In this document: in pieces, positions 49,171-63,740 of the stretch
How the letters are laid out: each line of letters starts with the position of its first letter
Numbering within the stretch: the first letter of the stretch is position 1
DNA from: Camelus ferus
Taxonomy: Eukaryota
Reading direction: 5' to 3'
DNA length: 64,000 bases
NCBI RefSeq assembly: GCF_009834535.1
Contig: NC_045697.1
Location: 18,664,001 to 18,728,000, forward strand
Translations under genes and position numbers: made by a program
Notes under the pieces: model-generated
Database searches by the model: none
What the model was told of the DNA's origin: nothing
The model's input: the letters and a program-made list of their open reading frames with translations, nothing else

Positions 49171-50894
49171 AGGATTCAGAGTACTTTGAAACCTTGATAC
49201 AACATGGTTTGTGTAAGCAGCATTTGATGTATACAGGGAATATATTGATTCTATAGGGAATTTAATTGCTGAAGTACACAAAGGAGTTAATATTTTCTGC
49301 TATAGACAGTCTTATAGCTCCTGTGAACATTGTATTAAAACTCGTAAGCAGAAGTTCCTTTTGGGTTATTAAAAAATACTGTATTGTTTGTACAAACTGA
49401 CAAGTTTAAATACCACATTTTGTTTTTTGTATGGTGGACTATCCAGTGTTTCCCAAAAGTTTCCATTATTTTTAAGTAATTCTTAGATGCATAGGAATGT
49501 ACATTAAGACACCACAGACTTTTTTTGTGGGGGGGAGGATCCATGCCTTTGAACCAAACAATAAATTGATAATCTTCAGGAAGACTCAGGTTTTGTGGAC
49601 AGATTATTTATAGATAATTTCTCGAAGCTTCAGGTTCTACCTCTATAAAGTAGGGAATGATAATTTTGTTGTATTTATCTGCCAGGCACATTGTGAGTAT
49701 CAAGTAAGGTAAAATGTGAAATTATGAAGGTCAAATAAAACTATATGTAAGTGATTTGTAAATTGTAAAGCACTCTATACAAATACTTTAATTATAATAA
49801 TTGGTTTCTCCTGGTAACTTTTCACAGGCAGGGTTCAAGATGGACTTTTTATATTGCAGCTTGTGGTTTGTGGGTCATGTTTTAGGAAGGCAGCAGTGTA
49901 TTTAGTACAGAGGACCGCAGCCCTTGAAATATGTGCCTTGGCATTTTGAGCAGACATATTTGGTAAATTACAGCCTGACCACGGATGTTGTCATTGAGTC
50001 ACCCCCAACTTTTTGGGGTCTGCTGCTTATTGCTCTATTCTCTGCTTGGGCAGCCATAATGATGTAGGAATGTTGAATTCCCAACTGCTACCATCTCTCA
50101 GACACCCTGCCCACAGTTCTGGATGTTAGGCCTGGCACAACATCATCGCTTATGCCTCATTAGGCCTGCTTCTACCTCAGGGAATGAAATAATATCCTAA
50201 TGGTGTGAAAAGGGTAATGTATTTCCTGAACACAACTTACTACTGGGGAAAAGCAAGCATCAGAGGCACTCTGGCTTGGTTTATATAATTGGTGGTAATT
50301 ACTTATATGTATAAATATTTGTATAGGTTTGTTGTGTTGAGACGGTGCAGAGTGATAAGCATGACAGCTCTTCAGTCAGGTTGGTCAAGTTCATGGCAGT
50401 TTGGGGAATATTTGTACTATTTTAAATTTATAAAAATGAAAAGATAGAAACCCCTGCTTCTTAGGTATGCTAAGTTGCAAAGCCTTGCAGTGAAAGTGCT
50501 GTACCAGTTGAATGTGAGATGGAATACACTAGAAAGCTAAGTTGAGCCTTTTAAATTCCCCTCCCATGCTTTTTTTTCTTATTCAGTAGTTTTAACCTCG
50601 CCTTAGGGCTGTTCTGTGCATTGTTAATTAGATGCTAGAGTTGTAAATGAATAAGAATAATTTCTCATAAAATGTTTATATAACTAGGAAATGTTTATTA
50701 CTTTTTGAAACCCGGTTTTTTTTCTTTTATTATTGTGGTAGTGTGGTACAGATTGTGTTATATAACAGCAATATTAGTTGCCCTGTAAAATAGAGAACCA
50801 GTGGTATGGATTTTTCTTTATTATTTTAAACAACTTATTTTGGAACAAAGGTCTTCCCTTTTTGGAAAACTGCAAATCCACTAAGATCTTGCTT

Positions 50895-51283
50895 TTTTTA
50901 CTTTTTATGGAATTTATTTTTAGAGCAGTTTTAGGTTCACAGTAGAATTAGGGGAAGGTTACAGGTATTTCCCATGTACTCCCTGCCTCCATACAAATAG
51001 TCTCTATTACCAACATCCCCCAACAGAGTGGTACATTTGTTACAATTGATGAACTTAAGTTAACACATTATTATCTCCCCAAGTCCATAGTTTACATTAG
51101 GGTTCACTCTTGGTATACATTCTGTGGGTTTGGACAAATGTATAATGTTTCTACAAACGTATCTACCATTGTAGTATCAGAGTAGTTTCATTGCCCTAAA
51201 ATATCCTTTGTGCTCTGCCTGTCCCCTGCTTGCTCCTCCCTTACCCCTGTCAACCACTGAACTTTTATTGTCTCCATAGTTAC
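50895..51283 (-). mobile_element. L1MC-like 3' end
   Basis: ttttagagcagttttaggttcacag..agtggtacatttgttacaattgatgaac..tacattagggttcactcttgg. Confidence 0.85.
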
Positions 51284-51854
51284 TAGCATACTTTTTCAAA
51301 TAATTTAACTTTTGGTTTGAGTATGAAAAAATTTTTCATGCAAAAAACTATATAGCTTTGTACAAAGCTCCTGATCCATGCACCACCTGGAGGAAATAGA
51401 AACACTGAGGTCCTCAGACATGAAGGAAGGGTTAAGGGAAATGAGTATAACTCTGCCTTTGTGGTTCTCCTTTATAATGGTTTTAATAACTATATTTATT
51501 AAGGAAACAGCTGAGTACTTGATAGGTATAAGACTGCTATATACTGGTCTTTAAAGATGGCTAAAAAGTGGTCCAGTGAAGCTCATGATTTAGTGGAAAG
51601 TATACAGACAATAAGGGGTATTATAAGTGTATTATAAGTGTTACAGATGTAGATGTTGGTGGGAACACAGGTGTGAATCATTATCTCTTAAGTTGAGAGG
51701 AGAATTCATAGAGAGTGGTAGGAAATAAAACTGGAAAACTGGTTGGGGCCTCTTGGAGGACCTTGGGTGCTAAGCTGAGAATTTGAATATTAATCAGGGA
51801 TGTTGGGCTGGGGGCACTGAGCCTGTTTGAAGAGTTGAGGCTGCATGTAAAATA

Positions 51855-52045
51855 CAGTTGACACTTAAACAACATGGGGGGCTACGGGTGTGTGAGTTAC
51901 AGTGGGCCCTCGAGTATCCAAGGTTCCACAGTACCTGTGGTTTCACATCCTCGAATTCGGCCCACTTGAATCATGTGCTACTGTAGTATTTACTGTTGGA
52001 AAAAATCCGTGTGTAAGTGGACCCATGCTGTTCGAGGGTCAGTTG
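51855..52045. mobile_element. Tigger2/MER8-like TcMar MITE
   Basis: TA flanks (51853-54, 52046-47); termini CAGTTGACACTTAAACA / TGTTCGAGGGTCAGTTG; inserted in an L2 remnant. Confidence 0.8.
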
Positions 52046-52778
52046 TAGTGTAAAATAGATTGGAGTTGATGGAGACCATAAGAGAGATGTATATAATCAA
52101 GGTCTGATCTTGGTGCAAGGCCTAAGAATGGAAAGAACAAAGTAGCTCTTTTTGAGGCAGGGTGGTATAGGGAGCTTTGGAATCAATGCAGTGTCTAAAT
52201 CTTGTGGCTCTGAGTGTGTCATGTAATCTAAGTCTTGCCTTTGTCTAAAAAAAGGGAGAAAATAATACTCAATGGTATTGATATGAGGTTTAAAAGAGAT
52301 ACTGGATATGAAATGCCTAGCTTGGTTCTAGGAGTAGTAGGTGCTCCATAAATAGGTCCTCCTCCTCCCCTCTTTCTAGAATAGAATTTAAAGATTATCA
52401 GATGGGGGTGGGAAGAAGCGTGGAAGAGAAGGTGGGGAGAAAAAAAACAACTGAACGATCAAAACTTGGGTAATGAAGTAATTACAGTTGGGAAAGTCTG
52501 AGTGAGATGAACAGGTGTAAGAACCTATCTGTTTTCTTTCTTTTAGCTTTTAAATACTGAATATTTGCATACTTACGTGGTGACATCTTTCTACAATTAT
52601 ATAAATATACCTATTTTATATTTCTCTGTCTATATCTGTTTATCTAATCTTTCAGCAAGCTTCCTAAGGACATGACCAATATTTTACTTATATTGCATAA
52701 TTAAGGAGCAACTGCTAGCTGCCAGATTGTTGCTTGCTGAATGAACATGAGTTGAATGGATTTACTAATATATAACAC

Positions 52779-52797
52779 TTGCCACTAGGTGGCACTT
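52779..52797 (+). promoter_or_regulatory. CTCF motif
   Basis: TTGCCACTAGGTGGCACTT matches core CCASYAGRKGGCRS at every position. Confidence 0.75.
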
Positions 52798-55389
52798 GGT
52801 CTAAGTGATAGGGCTGACATTTATCATAGACTGATTTTTCTATGCAGAATTCATGGATAAACTCACTTCCCTGGGTTATGGTCAACTTTGTGCCACTTCT
52901 AGACTATACTTTTTGAAGCGGGTTATGGAACATATAGCAAATACCTAACCTCACTTAAGAGTGTTGAAAAATAGAAAAGCATAATGGCATTAGAATATGT
53001 CCTCTAGAAAGAAGCTGAAGTCAAGGTCAGTGAAATCCACAAGTGACCAAATTCTCCATCTTTGAATGTATTTAAAGTGAAGCCTGCTGGTTAGATATTA
53101 GGCATTGTTTTTTCTTAAGACTGTATGTCGATTGCTTTAAAGGGGAAGACTGGGAATTTTTTTCTTCCTGGATTTCATGAAAGATAATGAAGTGTGGTCT
53201 GTAGGGATACTGGGCTATGGTTCTATATTCTCTTATTTATATTCTGGTATATTGTACTCCCCCTGTTGTGGAGTAACATATCATAGAATGTAACTACATC
53301 CTGTGTGACAAATGTTAATAGATTATTAAATCCATTAGATTCAGGAAACTGCAGACCTAGAAAATACCTTGTTAATCATACATTCTAAAGTAACCACTCA
53401 TTTAAACACAGGCACAGACAGATTAAATAACGTTAATCAGTTAGTTAATGGCTGAGACTAGTTCCTGATTTGTCTTTTGGAGAGAGAATTATGCTGGTCT
53501 TTTACACTTTTCTGTTTATACCTCTGAGCTGCCTTTTAAAGTTACATGCACTTTGTTTTTTAAAATACTTTCCTCTCCTTTTTGTGTGTGAATTTAGACC
53601 AAGAGTACAGATCTCTCCGCTCCAAGCCTGGGAGTGTTACTGCCAATGTTGCTTAATAAACGGTCAGCTCTGAGCCTGCCGGTTCTTTCCTCCTTTGCTG
53701 TTTTCCCGTTGCTGGTGCTGCTTGCTTTCTTTACCTTGTTCTGTATTTCAGACTGACCAAGAGGGCCCGCACACCTCCTCACCCACTCTGCTCTAGTTAT
53801 CCCTACTCAAGAACTGCCTGGGTTCACGTCTGGTTCGCTCTAGTTTCTGCCTCTTGCCTCTGTAGCTTCTTAGTTCTGCTACCTGCACTAAATTGCAGTT
53901 GGCTGTTCCCAAAGCCTCTGGAAGAGAAAATGGAAGGAGAGAAGAGGAGATTGAGAAAGAAGACAGATTGTCATAGAGAGAAGGAGGCCACACTTTGAGA
54001 CTGTATACTGAAAGATGGGCTTGTTTATGAACCTGATGATTTTCATGCAGTGAGTTTTCTAGTGTATTTCTGTCAGGACAGTATTACCCTCTTGACTATG
54101 GAATTCATTAAAGCTATTGTATCCATCATCTATGCTTATTCATAAGTCAAGGAAGTAAATTAAATTAATTTCAGCATTCCAAAGATAGTAGTGATAGTTT
54201 TGGTTTGGTAATTTACTTACAGCTTATAATAATGAATGTCATTGTTTGATTAAATGGATAGTACAGAATTAGCGGGAGTTGCTGCTTCACTGTTAAAAAA
54301 ACAAATCCTGATAGCTGTAGCTTTCAAAGATTATTCCATAATTATTGGTAATCATTTTTCATCCTGGCCTTCCTCTATGATATAATGTGATGTGTACATT
54401 TGAATATAGAATTTAGTGGCATGTCATTCACTTGAACCTAGTTTCTTAGCTTTAACTCCTGGAAGTTGTCAGTTGGTAAATTAAGTATCTTTTAAATTGC
54501 ATTAGAATTAAAAGTCACCTGGTAGCTTAGGTATGCAGTTAATTTATATTTGTTCCATTTTACTTTGTTTCTGTAATTATTTCAGAGAAGTGACTATCTT
54601 GATGTGGAAGTTTTTCTTAAGGGTTAAGTCATACGTAAACGCTGATTTTGATTATTTTTCTAATTAGAAAAATAACGTTATGTGAAATTCCAGTTATTTA
54701 AATATGTCATGTAAAGTGAGCCACTTCAGTCTTCTACTAGGAAATTAACTACTGTTATCAATTAGAAGTATATTCTTCAACTTTTTTTGTCTTAAGTGGA
54801 AATGCTAACATTCTGTTTTATACTAAAAATGTCAGTAGTTTAGTAAACATAATATTTAAGGGGATTAGGGAACTGATGTTTTCTTGAATATCTGCAGAGT
54901 CCTTAATTACACTGTGAAGGGAGACAGTATCTCCATTTTACGGAGAAGTCTGAGGGTCAGAGATTAGTGATTTAACTCAGGTTCACACAGCTTTGCTTCT
55001 GCCTTTGCCATTACACTGCCCTGTACTCAACTTTTGTTTATTTCTCCACCTAAATGGTAATCATTTGAAAGCTTCCAGGCTCTCTACTAGGTGACAAGAC
55101 AGTCCCAGATATAAGTAAGCCTTATAGAAGGCTTTAAGGTAAAGGAGATTGTATTCTTCCCTATTAGATTACTTTAAAAATAAATTTATGTTCTAGAAAT
55201 GCATTCAGAAATAGACTTGACAAGTGTTTGAACTTAAAGAGTTCTCTGAAGTATCATTTACCTTTAAAATTTTGTATAATTTTACGAATAATTGTGTTAA
55301 GTCCTTCTGGGAAGTGTTCTATCAGTTAATCCTCCTTTTCTGCCTTAAGACCAATTTTCAGGCCATTTAATTATTTTGTTATACACACT

Positions 55390-55550
55390 ATATGGCTTTG
55401 GGCAAGTTACATAATTGTGTTGTAAGCTTAAGTTTCCCCATTTGTAAAATGGAGAGCGTATCTCAGAATTCTAATGAGGATCAAATTAATATATATTTGC
55501 AAAGGAGCTGCCAGGCTAGGCTGGTCTGTAAGAATTGCTTACTATCGATT
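55390..55550 (+). mobile_element. MIR
   Basis: ctttgggcaagttac..agtttccccatttgtaaaatggag. Confidence 0.65.
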
Positions 55551-55929
55551 TCCTTTCTTACCTCTCATTTAAGGCACTGCCAGATCTTTTCTTTATAACT
55601 TACATCATTTTTATTACACTGGTTTTTCATCCTAGGCCGTCAAGAAATAACCCTTCAACTGGATCCCAAAACCTCATTTCAGTTATCAGCCTGTTTAGTT
55701 TTTCTACACCCATTGTTTTTGTTCACCATGATGTCTTTATTTTTGACTGCTAAGACTTGTTATCTTTTCTCTTGAACATTCCATCTTCTCTACTTACTCC
55801 TTCAGTCTTAAATATTGTGGTTTGTATTCTTTGTCTTTCTCTTCTTGTCTTATCTATTGTTTGACTTTCTGTCTGTATCATCACCTTATATGTTTAGATT
55901 GATATTTGTAAAACTATTATTCATTGTGA

Positions 55930-56330
55930 AGTATATGTCTTTTTCTCATTTTGTGTAAGAACTTTTTATTTTCCCGATAATACTCTTTGTCAATTTTATA
56001 TTGAGTATTTTCTCTTAAGTTTTTAATTTGTCGTTTAGTTTTATTTGTTTACTGTTTTATAGGAGTTTAAAGTTTTTATGTAGTCAAATTTGTAGCTCTT
56101 CCTTTGGCTTTGTGTTTTGCTTACCTTCCTTACTCTAAGACTTTGAAAGCGTTCTTGTATGTGTTTTTCTTGTATATGTTCTTTTAGAAATTAAAACATG
56201 ATATAGCCCTTTTTAACCCTTCTGAGAGGATATTTATTTATTTATTTAGCTATGTATTATGTGATGTAGGCTCTGACTTTATATTTTCCAAATGTATAAT
56301 GAAATATACAGCATTTATTCTCATATACTC
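55930..56330 (-). mobile_element. Highly degraded L1 fragment
   Basis: T-rich; tttttatgtagtcaaatttg and tattatgtgatgtagg resemble antisense L1M ORF2 end. Confidence 0.5.
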
Positions 56331-56365
56331 AATTTTTTCCATCCTGCCATCTGTTGATTTAGAGC

Positions 56366-56543
56366 TGTGGTTCTTCAAATGAGGTTCTTGGACCACAGCA
56401 ATAGGATACTCTGGGAACTGGTTAGAAATGCAGATTCTTCCCTCTGTCCCAGCCTCTTGTATCAGAAGCTCTGGAGTCCAGCACTCTGTTTCAGCAAGCT
56501 CTCCAAGGTGATTCTGAAGCCTCCGGAAGTTTACAAGTCACTG
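56366..56543. mobile_element. MER5A (hAT-Charlie)
   Basis: gtggttcttcaaa..ctgggaactggttagaaatgcagattct..caagctctccaaggtgattctga..agtttacaagtcactg. Confidence 0.8.
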
Positions 56544-56569
56544 TGAGGGACTCCTCTTTAAGGGCAAGC

Positions 56570-57272
56570 TGTCCACTTGTGCCCTAGATCCCTTTCCTTC
56601 TCAGCTACTCTAGGACATTGGACTAGGCAAGCTAACCTTGCCTCTCTCTCTGCTCTCAATTTTTACCTTTCTAGTGGAGCATTCTTGACAATATACAAAC
56701 ATGCTGTTATTTCTCCTCTGGACTCCGCACTCCCCTCTAGTTCTGATTTCTCTTTTTCCTTTGCAACAAACTTCTATGAAGGGTTCTTTCTATCTGCAAT
56801 TACTCATACTCCATCCCCTCTAAACCTTCTTCAGCCTGGCTTTTGTGTCCATCACATCAACAAAACTGCTCTTCTCAAGATTACCAGTACCTTCCACATA
56901 GGTGAGTGTAGTGGTCAGTTTTTTCCAGATGCTATTCGACTTGACTTGATCAGCAGCATTTGACATCTTAGACCTCTCCCTTCTTGTTCATTCTGTTCAT
57001 TTGGCTTCTGGGTTCAGAAACTCACTTCTGGTTTCCCACCTCACTGGCACCTTTTTCCTGGTCTTCTGTCTGGTGCTTTCTGATTTTACCATATTTATCT
57101 TGCTTTTTATCCTACATTCTACGCTCCTTCCCTGTTTTATTTTTCTCACTTGCATGTATCAACTTCTAACAGTATATGTTATTTGCCTTTTTATTGATTA
57201 CTCTCCCCTACTAGAATACAGTGCTTGGTACATAGTAGGTACTCAATAAGTATTTGTTGGAAGAATGAATGA
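56570..57272 (+). mobile_element. L2 fragment
   Basis: aaactgctcttctcaagattacc..gcagcatttgaca; tail gtaggtactcaataagtatttgttggaagaatgaatgaa. Confidence 0.75.
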
Positions 57273-60200
57273 AGTGTTGTAACATCACTTTTTGAATGCT
57301 CTATCCTTTTCTCATTGATTTGAAATTCTTCTTTTACTACTATATGTTATAAAGTTTAATGGGCCCCCCAGTATAAATATAATCTATTACTCATTAGAAT
57401 TGAGGTCTGTCTTTACGTTTAACCCTTAGTGTTGTCTGGTTAGGAAGATGGTTAAGTTTCTGTAAAACAGAGGAACACTAAGTTCACCTGCTAGTTACTG
57501 GGAAAGTTGAAATTCAGACTCATGTTTTTGGATTCCAGGTTCATTGCCATGAAAGTCTTTTAGTGGTTGTGTAATGTAGCCATGCGGTGATGCTGCTGGG
57601 CGTCCCCCCTCCCTGCCCCACATCTGGTTAACTCTTAGTCATTCATCAACACATGATTGGCTGTGCTCACCAAGCAGGGGAGCCCCTTCCCTCAGTTTAG
57701 GCAGAGAATAGATCTGAGGCAGGAGGGTAAAGTTGAACAGGAAATTGGTTTATGTGGGATTTTTTAAAAAGTAGACTTTATTTTTTTAGAAGTTTTTTTT
57801 TTAAATTGAAATATAGTTGGTTTATAATGTGTTAATTAGAACAGTTTTATGTGAGATTTTTGTCTCTGAATTTTAGTATGTGATTTTGGAAGAAAGATTA
57901 TGGAAAGAACAGACTGGTGGTGAAACAGATTCTATTCACCACCAACTAATTTAGTAATATTCCTACTTCACAAATGATATCTTTGATCTAAGCTTTAAGT
58001 TAAAAATGATACTATTTTTGTAAAGGTATTTCTGTTAAAAGTAACTCAAGAGTCTCATGTTTCTGGTACTCCAGATTCATTCTTTATGTTGTACTGGAGT
58101 ACTTTGAGTTTTGTTTTATGTAAAACTATTCTATAAATGTTACTTTAAAGTTTTTGCTGTCAAATTTTGTTGTTTTTCTAACTGAGACAGCAGCTGTGGA
58201 TGTAGCTTAAAAACTGGTGAATATCTACAATGATGAGCCTTTATGGAGCAATGAAAGGCTGCTTATAAATTGTAGCCACAGTTGCAGTGAATTCTGTGTT
58301 TGTTATTTGTGAATCCCTAAGGGTGATTGAGGGGGGTGAGTTAGGATAGTACCAACTGAGAGAGTGTTTCTATTCTGGGAATCTTTGGAGCAGCCATTTC
58401 TGCTTCTGTTCTTTATTCCTTATGACTTTGAAGAAATTTGGAATGTTTTGCTTGACTTTTTGATGATCTTTCTTTAAATTTATTACTTGGATATGTGTAC
58501 TGTAAAGGCAAATTATAATTTTAGGATGTTTTATAGACATGGTTTCTGTCATCAGATATTTTTGCTCTCAACAATTACTGTGTGTAATAGCACTTAGGGA
58601 TGAAGTCTTACTGTGTCTACTATCTAAAGCTATGAATGTTGGATTGTTTGGAATTAAGTATTTTCTACTTAATATGATTAGCTCAGACATGTAGCTTTAG
58701 GTACAGTGCATATATCTCTTTTCCATTTCAAAAGTGTATGGTTTTAATATATTGTCGAGCAGGTCCAAATAGTTAACTATAAGTTATTAAAAGTAGTTTT
58801 ACTCTAAGATACTAAAGACCACACCAGGAGCTGAGCTATAGGAAATATGGGAGCCTTGGTATTTTCTATCAAAATAATCTGGAAGATAAATTTCTCAAAA
58901 TAAAAGAATTTTAGAAAATGTTTATTTCCCAAAAAAAAGGGTGGAAGAGCGATAGTTGAAACAAATGAGGCTCCCTGACCAAAAAAAACCCCACAACTGT
59001 GTATGTAGGATTGTGGTCAGTATTTCTGAAGATCTTAGAGTATTAGAGTATGTATTTGCAAATCTCTGAACTATTTATGTAGTTAAATAATCCTAATAAA
59101 TTCACTTGATTTGTAAAGGCAGTGTTTAACATGCTTCCTGATTATATTGAAGATACTCAAAAGGTACAAATTGAATATGCTGTTAAAATTAACTTTTTGT
59201 TGTTAAATTTAGTCCTATTCATCCTAGTGGTTAATAGCGTTTAGACTTTGACTGGAACATCTATTTTATTGTGTGGGACATGGTTTCAGGAGGATTTTGT
59301 ACACATTGGAAACAAGAGTTTTTGTGAATTGTAGTTATTATCCATAGTCAGTTTAGATACAAGAGCATTCCCAGTGAGTTACTTGTGATTCATAACCAAA
59401 CTTTAGCAGAGCAGATGTAGACTACCAATGGAATAATTAGTCAAAAAAATATTAGGGGGTTAGAGAGCCCTTCGTGTAACATTTAACTTTAATTTCTTGG
59501 CTAGTTTATATGAATAATTAAAGTTTTGAGGCAGTTAAATTTTCTTTTCGTCTCTTGGGATTTCACAGTTGTCACTAGTAGCTGTAATCACTAGGGAAGT
59601 AGAAATATTATTTCCATCAAACAGATGGCTTTTCCGGCACTGGTCCCTAACATTGCCTACTGAGGTTCCTGTTTACGTTGGACAATTTCCTAATCACACC
59701 AACTTGGTATACTTTTGAAAGATGACACCTGGTAATAGAATATGACGTAGACGTTAAAATGACTTAGTGAACTTGACAAGGTCTAAAGGTTGGAAGTATA
59801 TGTAATTCCCATGTTTCTGGGGGAAAGTAGTCTGCTCCTGTGAGAGAAGCCACCTAGTAATGGATACTGATGCCCTAGCTATCCTCTCAGGGATGCCTTA
59901 GCTACCTCTTCCACTTTTTGACTTTCATTAGCTCTGACATTCAGCGTGTTAGTTTAATTTCTGCTTGGCATGTGACTAGCCCATGCTGGGCTTTGAGGCA
60001 TTGGGAGGTTTTTGTTAGGATTAAGGATAGGTTTCTGTGGTGGACGAGGAAGATTTTTCAGAGACTACAGTGATGTGGGGACTTAAAATTACAAAAATCA
60101 CATCTTTTTTTCAGCTCTAATATGAAGCTTTTTTTGAGACTTTACTTGTTATTAATAGGATTATCTTCCCCCTTTTTAATGTGTCTGTTTTCCTTCTCCT

Positions 60201-60479
60201 TTTGGACATTTTAAAACACACACTCACACATTTTGGGGATCCACATGTATACTTATGCTCCTGAAATTTCAAAAGCGTAAGTCAGCTATTAAGATTCTAA
60301 AAACTTTGTGTTTGTCAGCTGTGTTTACTCTATAGTGAGAAATGTCTGTTTTGAAGTCATTTCTTGATGCCATCTGAAAGGAATCTAGGGACAAAATTTG
60401 TGAGGATAGGTTACCTTTTGGAAAGATAGAGTGGGACTTTATTTCTTTAATATAATTGGTTGGGGAAGGTTTTAAGAGT

Positions 60480-61270
60480 GAATAGAGTCATGGTGGGTGT
60501 TTCAAGAAGGAAAAAAATTCTAATGCTTTACACATGTTGTTGGGGGTGGGGGATGGTGGTGCCATTTGCTGAGATGAGATGAACTGACACAGTAGAGGAG
60601 TTGAGTTAGTGTTGACGGGGAGAAGTTTTTGGTTTTCAGCATGTTGTGTTTAAAGCCATTGTGAGAGAGTTAGATGAAGATATCCAGTGGCCAGTTACAT
60701 ACATGTATTATGTCTGTGTTTCCTGTGAGGAGAGATTCCTGTTAGGAGAAAGGTCAAGGTTGGAAATCCATACCTGAAGACTGTTAGATGGTAATTAATA
60801 CCTTGCGAGTGGGCAAAATCTCCTTGGAGAGGGTTGGAGTTAAGCAGAGACAAACCACTAGTGAGCATCAACATTTAAGGAATGGGTAGAGATGTAAAAA
60901 CCAGAAAAGGAAAGCTAATAATGAAAGAGGTGGGACAAAACCTAGACAATGTAGCGTCACAAAAATGAAGAGAATACTTCTAGGAGGAGGGACACTGGTC
61001 ATTTCTGTCACATGCTCCAAAGACGGTAAATGAAATAAATCTAAATACTCACCAGATTTAGGACTTGAAAGACCTTGGCAAGAACAATTTCAGTGAACTG
61101 GTAGGAGCTATAATGTGATCTGACATGGGTTGAGGGAGTGGAGACCATTCTTTCAAGAGCAGTGATTCTGAACTTGGTGGGAATGGAACCTAGGTGTTGT
61201 GGTGGACCTTTTTAAGGTGGAATAGGCTTGACTTGTTTAAATGCTAATTGGAAGGAACACAAAGATGGAA
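60480..61270 (-). mobile_element. L2 fragment
   Basis: ggtgccatttgctgagatg..gaccttggcaagaacaatttcagtg..gggttgagg. Confidence 0.7.
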
Positions 61271-63249
61271 GGGGTGAAACTTAGATTGAAACTCCTATTA
61301 GGGCCTTTTCCATAACATTATACAGTTGCTCATCTATTAATGGAAAGTCTACAGTAAAAGCGGTTTTGTTGAGGAGGGGGACACACATTCAATACTGCTG
61401 TGACAATGAAGACATTCATAAACTTGATTCCCTTAATTTTTCAGTCTTTCCGCATTGACTATCCCATTTTAATGAGAGAAAATATTCTGTATCATTTTTC
61501 TCCTCAAGGGATGACCTTTATTCATTTTTTGCTTGGTGTCCCTAGTGATTAACTGAGGTAGTGGATTTAGTTGATCCATGTGAAGCCAAATACACCGTTC
61601 TCACTACGATTTAAGTTTATTTTGTTATTTTTAAAATTGTTTACACATAATATACGTAATTACTTCTAAAAAGTCTTGGTTAATTGTGAGAGTCATTCGA
61701 AGGGCTAGTTCTAAGTTCACTTTATTTCTGTGAAAATCAGGTGATTTTCATAGCTGAAAAGCCGTTGTTTAAATGTCATGTTTACCTTAAATTGTTTTAA
61801 TTTTATAGACATAACTGCTCCATAGCATACTGCAGGAAGCTGCATGTCTTCATAGGAAACGTAATCAATTTGGGGACCTTGTATAAGAAAAACGAGTAGC
61901 TCATCAGGTTTCACAACCCTTTCAAGTGCTTTGCCACGAGATAAACAGCAAACTGTGTACAAAAGATTTTCATGGTTATCCCTATTTCATGAAGATATAT
62001 TGTTTTCTAGAGCTAGCCATATCCATGACATCTGGTAGTACTTTGTGCCATTCTGTTGTGATTTTCTTTGCTTGCTAATGAAAAGGTGAAATGAATGAGT
62101 TTCTTGTATGATGGGATCTCAGTAAGCTTTTTATAGAAATCTTACTTTATTTTGTTTAAAGCAGCCACTCTCACAGCAGATAATACTCTTACTGATTGTC
62201 TGTAAAAAGCTTTAATTAAGGAGATCAAAGAAGCTCCCTCAAGTTCCTTTGTCCTCTTACTCAGTTCTCTATCCCTTGTACCTAGAAGAGTGCCTGTCAT
62301 GTAAAAGGCACTCAGTAAATATTAAAGTATAGAGTGAACTGGCAGTTGAGAATGTTTTCCTAGAGATATTTTCTTAGACATTTTTGCATTTCATTAAGAA
62401 GCTAGAAAAGGCTATATAAGCTGAGGCACATTAGAAAAAAAAACTCTGTAACTTAATCTACTTTATGGCAAATTTCCCACGTGGTGTAATTTTTTCTAAT
62501 GCTAGTTTTTCTCCCTTCATAATCTTCAACAGTGTTTTCTGTGCTTATTTAGACAGTAATTTACTGACAGGAAAATACATTTTGGTTTATGATCATGTTA
62601 TTCCCCAGGTCATATTTCAGCCTCTTCTACCATGACAGAAGGAATAAGTTTTCCTGTGGTATGTGGCTTCTTACATTGTTTTATGAGAAATCATAAAAGA
62701 TGCATCTAAACCCAAATTTTCCAAAGTACTGAATTGAAAATCATGACTTTAAACCTTTCCAGCAAAGACTCACAACCTATAGAGATGTATTAAATTTTAT
62801 GTACCTAAAATTTTAAGTATTTTACTAATTATGATTGCTTTACACTCATTTACACATTTTGGGGCAAAATTTATACATAGGGTGAAGTTATTGATAACAG
62901 ATGTAAATCTGTATTTTTAAAAGTTGTCTTGGTTATTTCTATCTTTTTGACTCTTTTATTATATCCATATCTGATTACTCATTATTTTTGCTTGGTAAAG
63001 AGGGAGTACTAGGAGGAAGAGGTACCCTTCTGCCATTTATTTAATGTGCTTTAATTATTAGTATTATCTCCAGTACCTCTTTTGTTGCAGAAGTTATCTT
63101 AAAACCCTCACCTGTTTCTTGAGCGTTGAGGTCATTAAATAGGTAATTTGTGATGTGCTGAAACAAATCAGTCAATGAAAACATCATTATCAACCCTTCA
63201 CATCCTGAAATACCTCTTCTCCCCTCAGTTTGGGCTCATCTGACAGACT

Positions 63250-63740
63250 GAGTCCTAGTGATATATTCAAAGATTTCTGAGTGCCAGCTGTGTTCCAGGA
63301 GCTAGGATATACCAGAGGACAAAACAGACCAAAAAAATATGTGTACCTCTGCCAGTGTGTAGAGGTTACATTTTAGTGAGAGAGACAGACAAAAACCAAA
63401 TAAATTAAATATTTATCGAGATAAGGGCTTTAGAAGAAAAAGAATGTTGGGAGTAGGGTAGGGAATGTCAGGAAGGGGTTGCAACAGGTCTCTTTGAGAT
63501 GGTGACACTTGAGGAAAGGATCTTAAGGATAAGGTGAGAATTTGAGGCATGTTTTTATGTGGGAATAACATTCCAGCAAGAAGGAACAGCAAATGTAAAG
63601 ACCCTGAGGCAGAATATGCATAGATTAGATATGGTATGTGAAGTAAAGACAGGAGTCAAAGCTAACCCACAGGTTCTGGCCTGAACAATGGCAGTTCCAG
63701 GGTTGCCTTCATTTGAAATGAGGAACAGCTTTTGGGTGTA
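63250..63740 (-). mobile_element. L2 fragment
   Basis: ctgagtgccagctgtgttccagg..cattccagcaagaaggaacagcaaatgtaaagaccctgaggcag. Confidence 0.75.
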
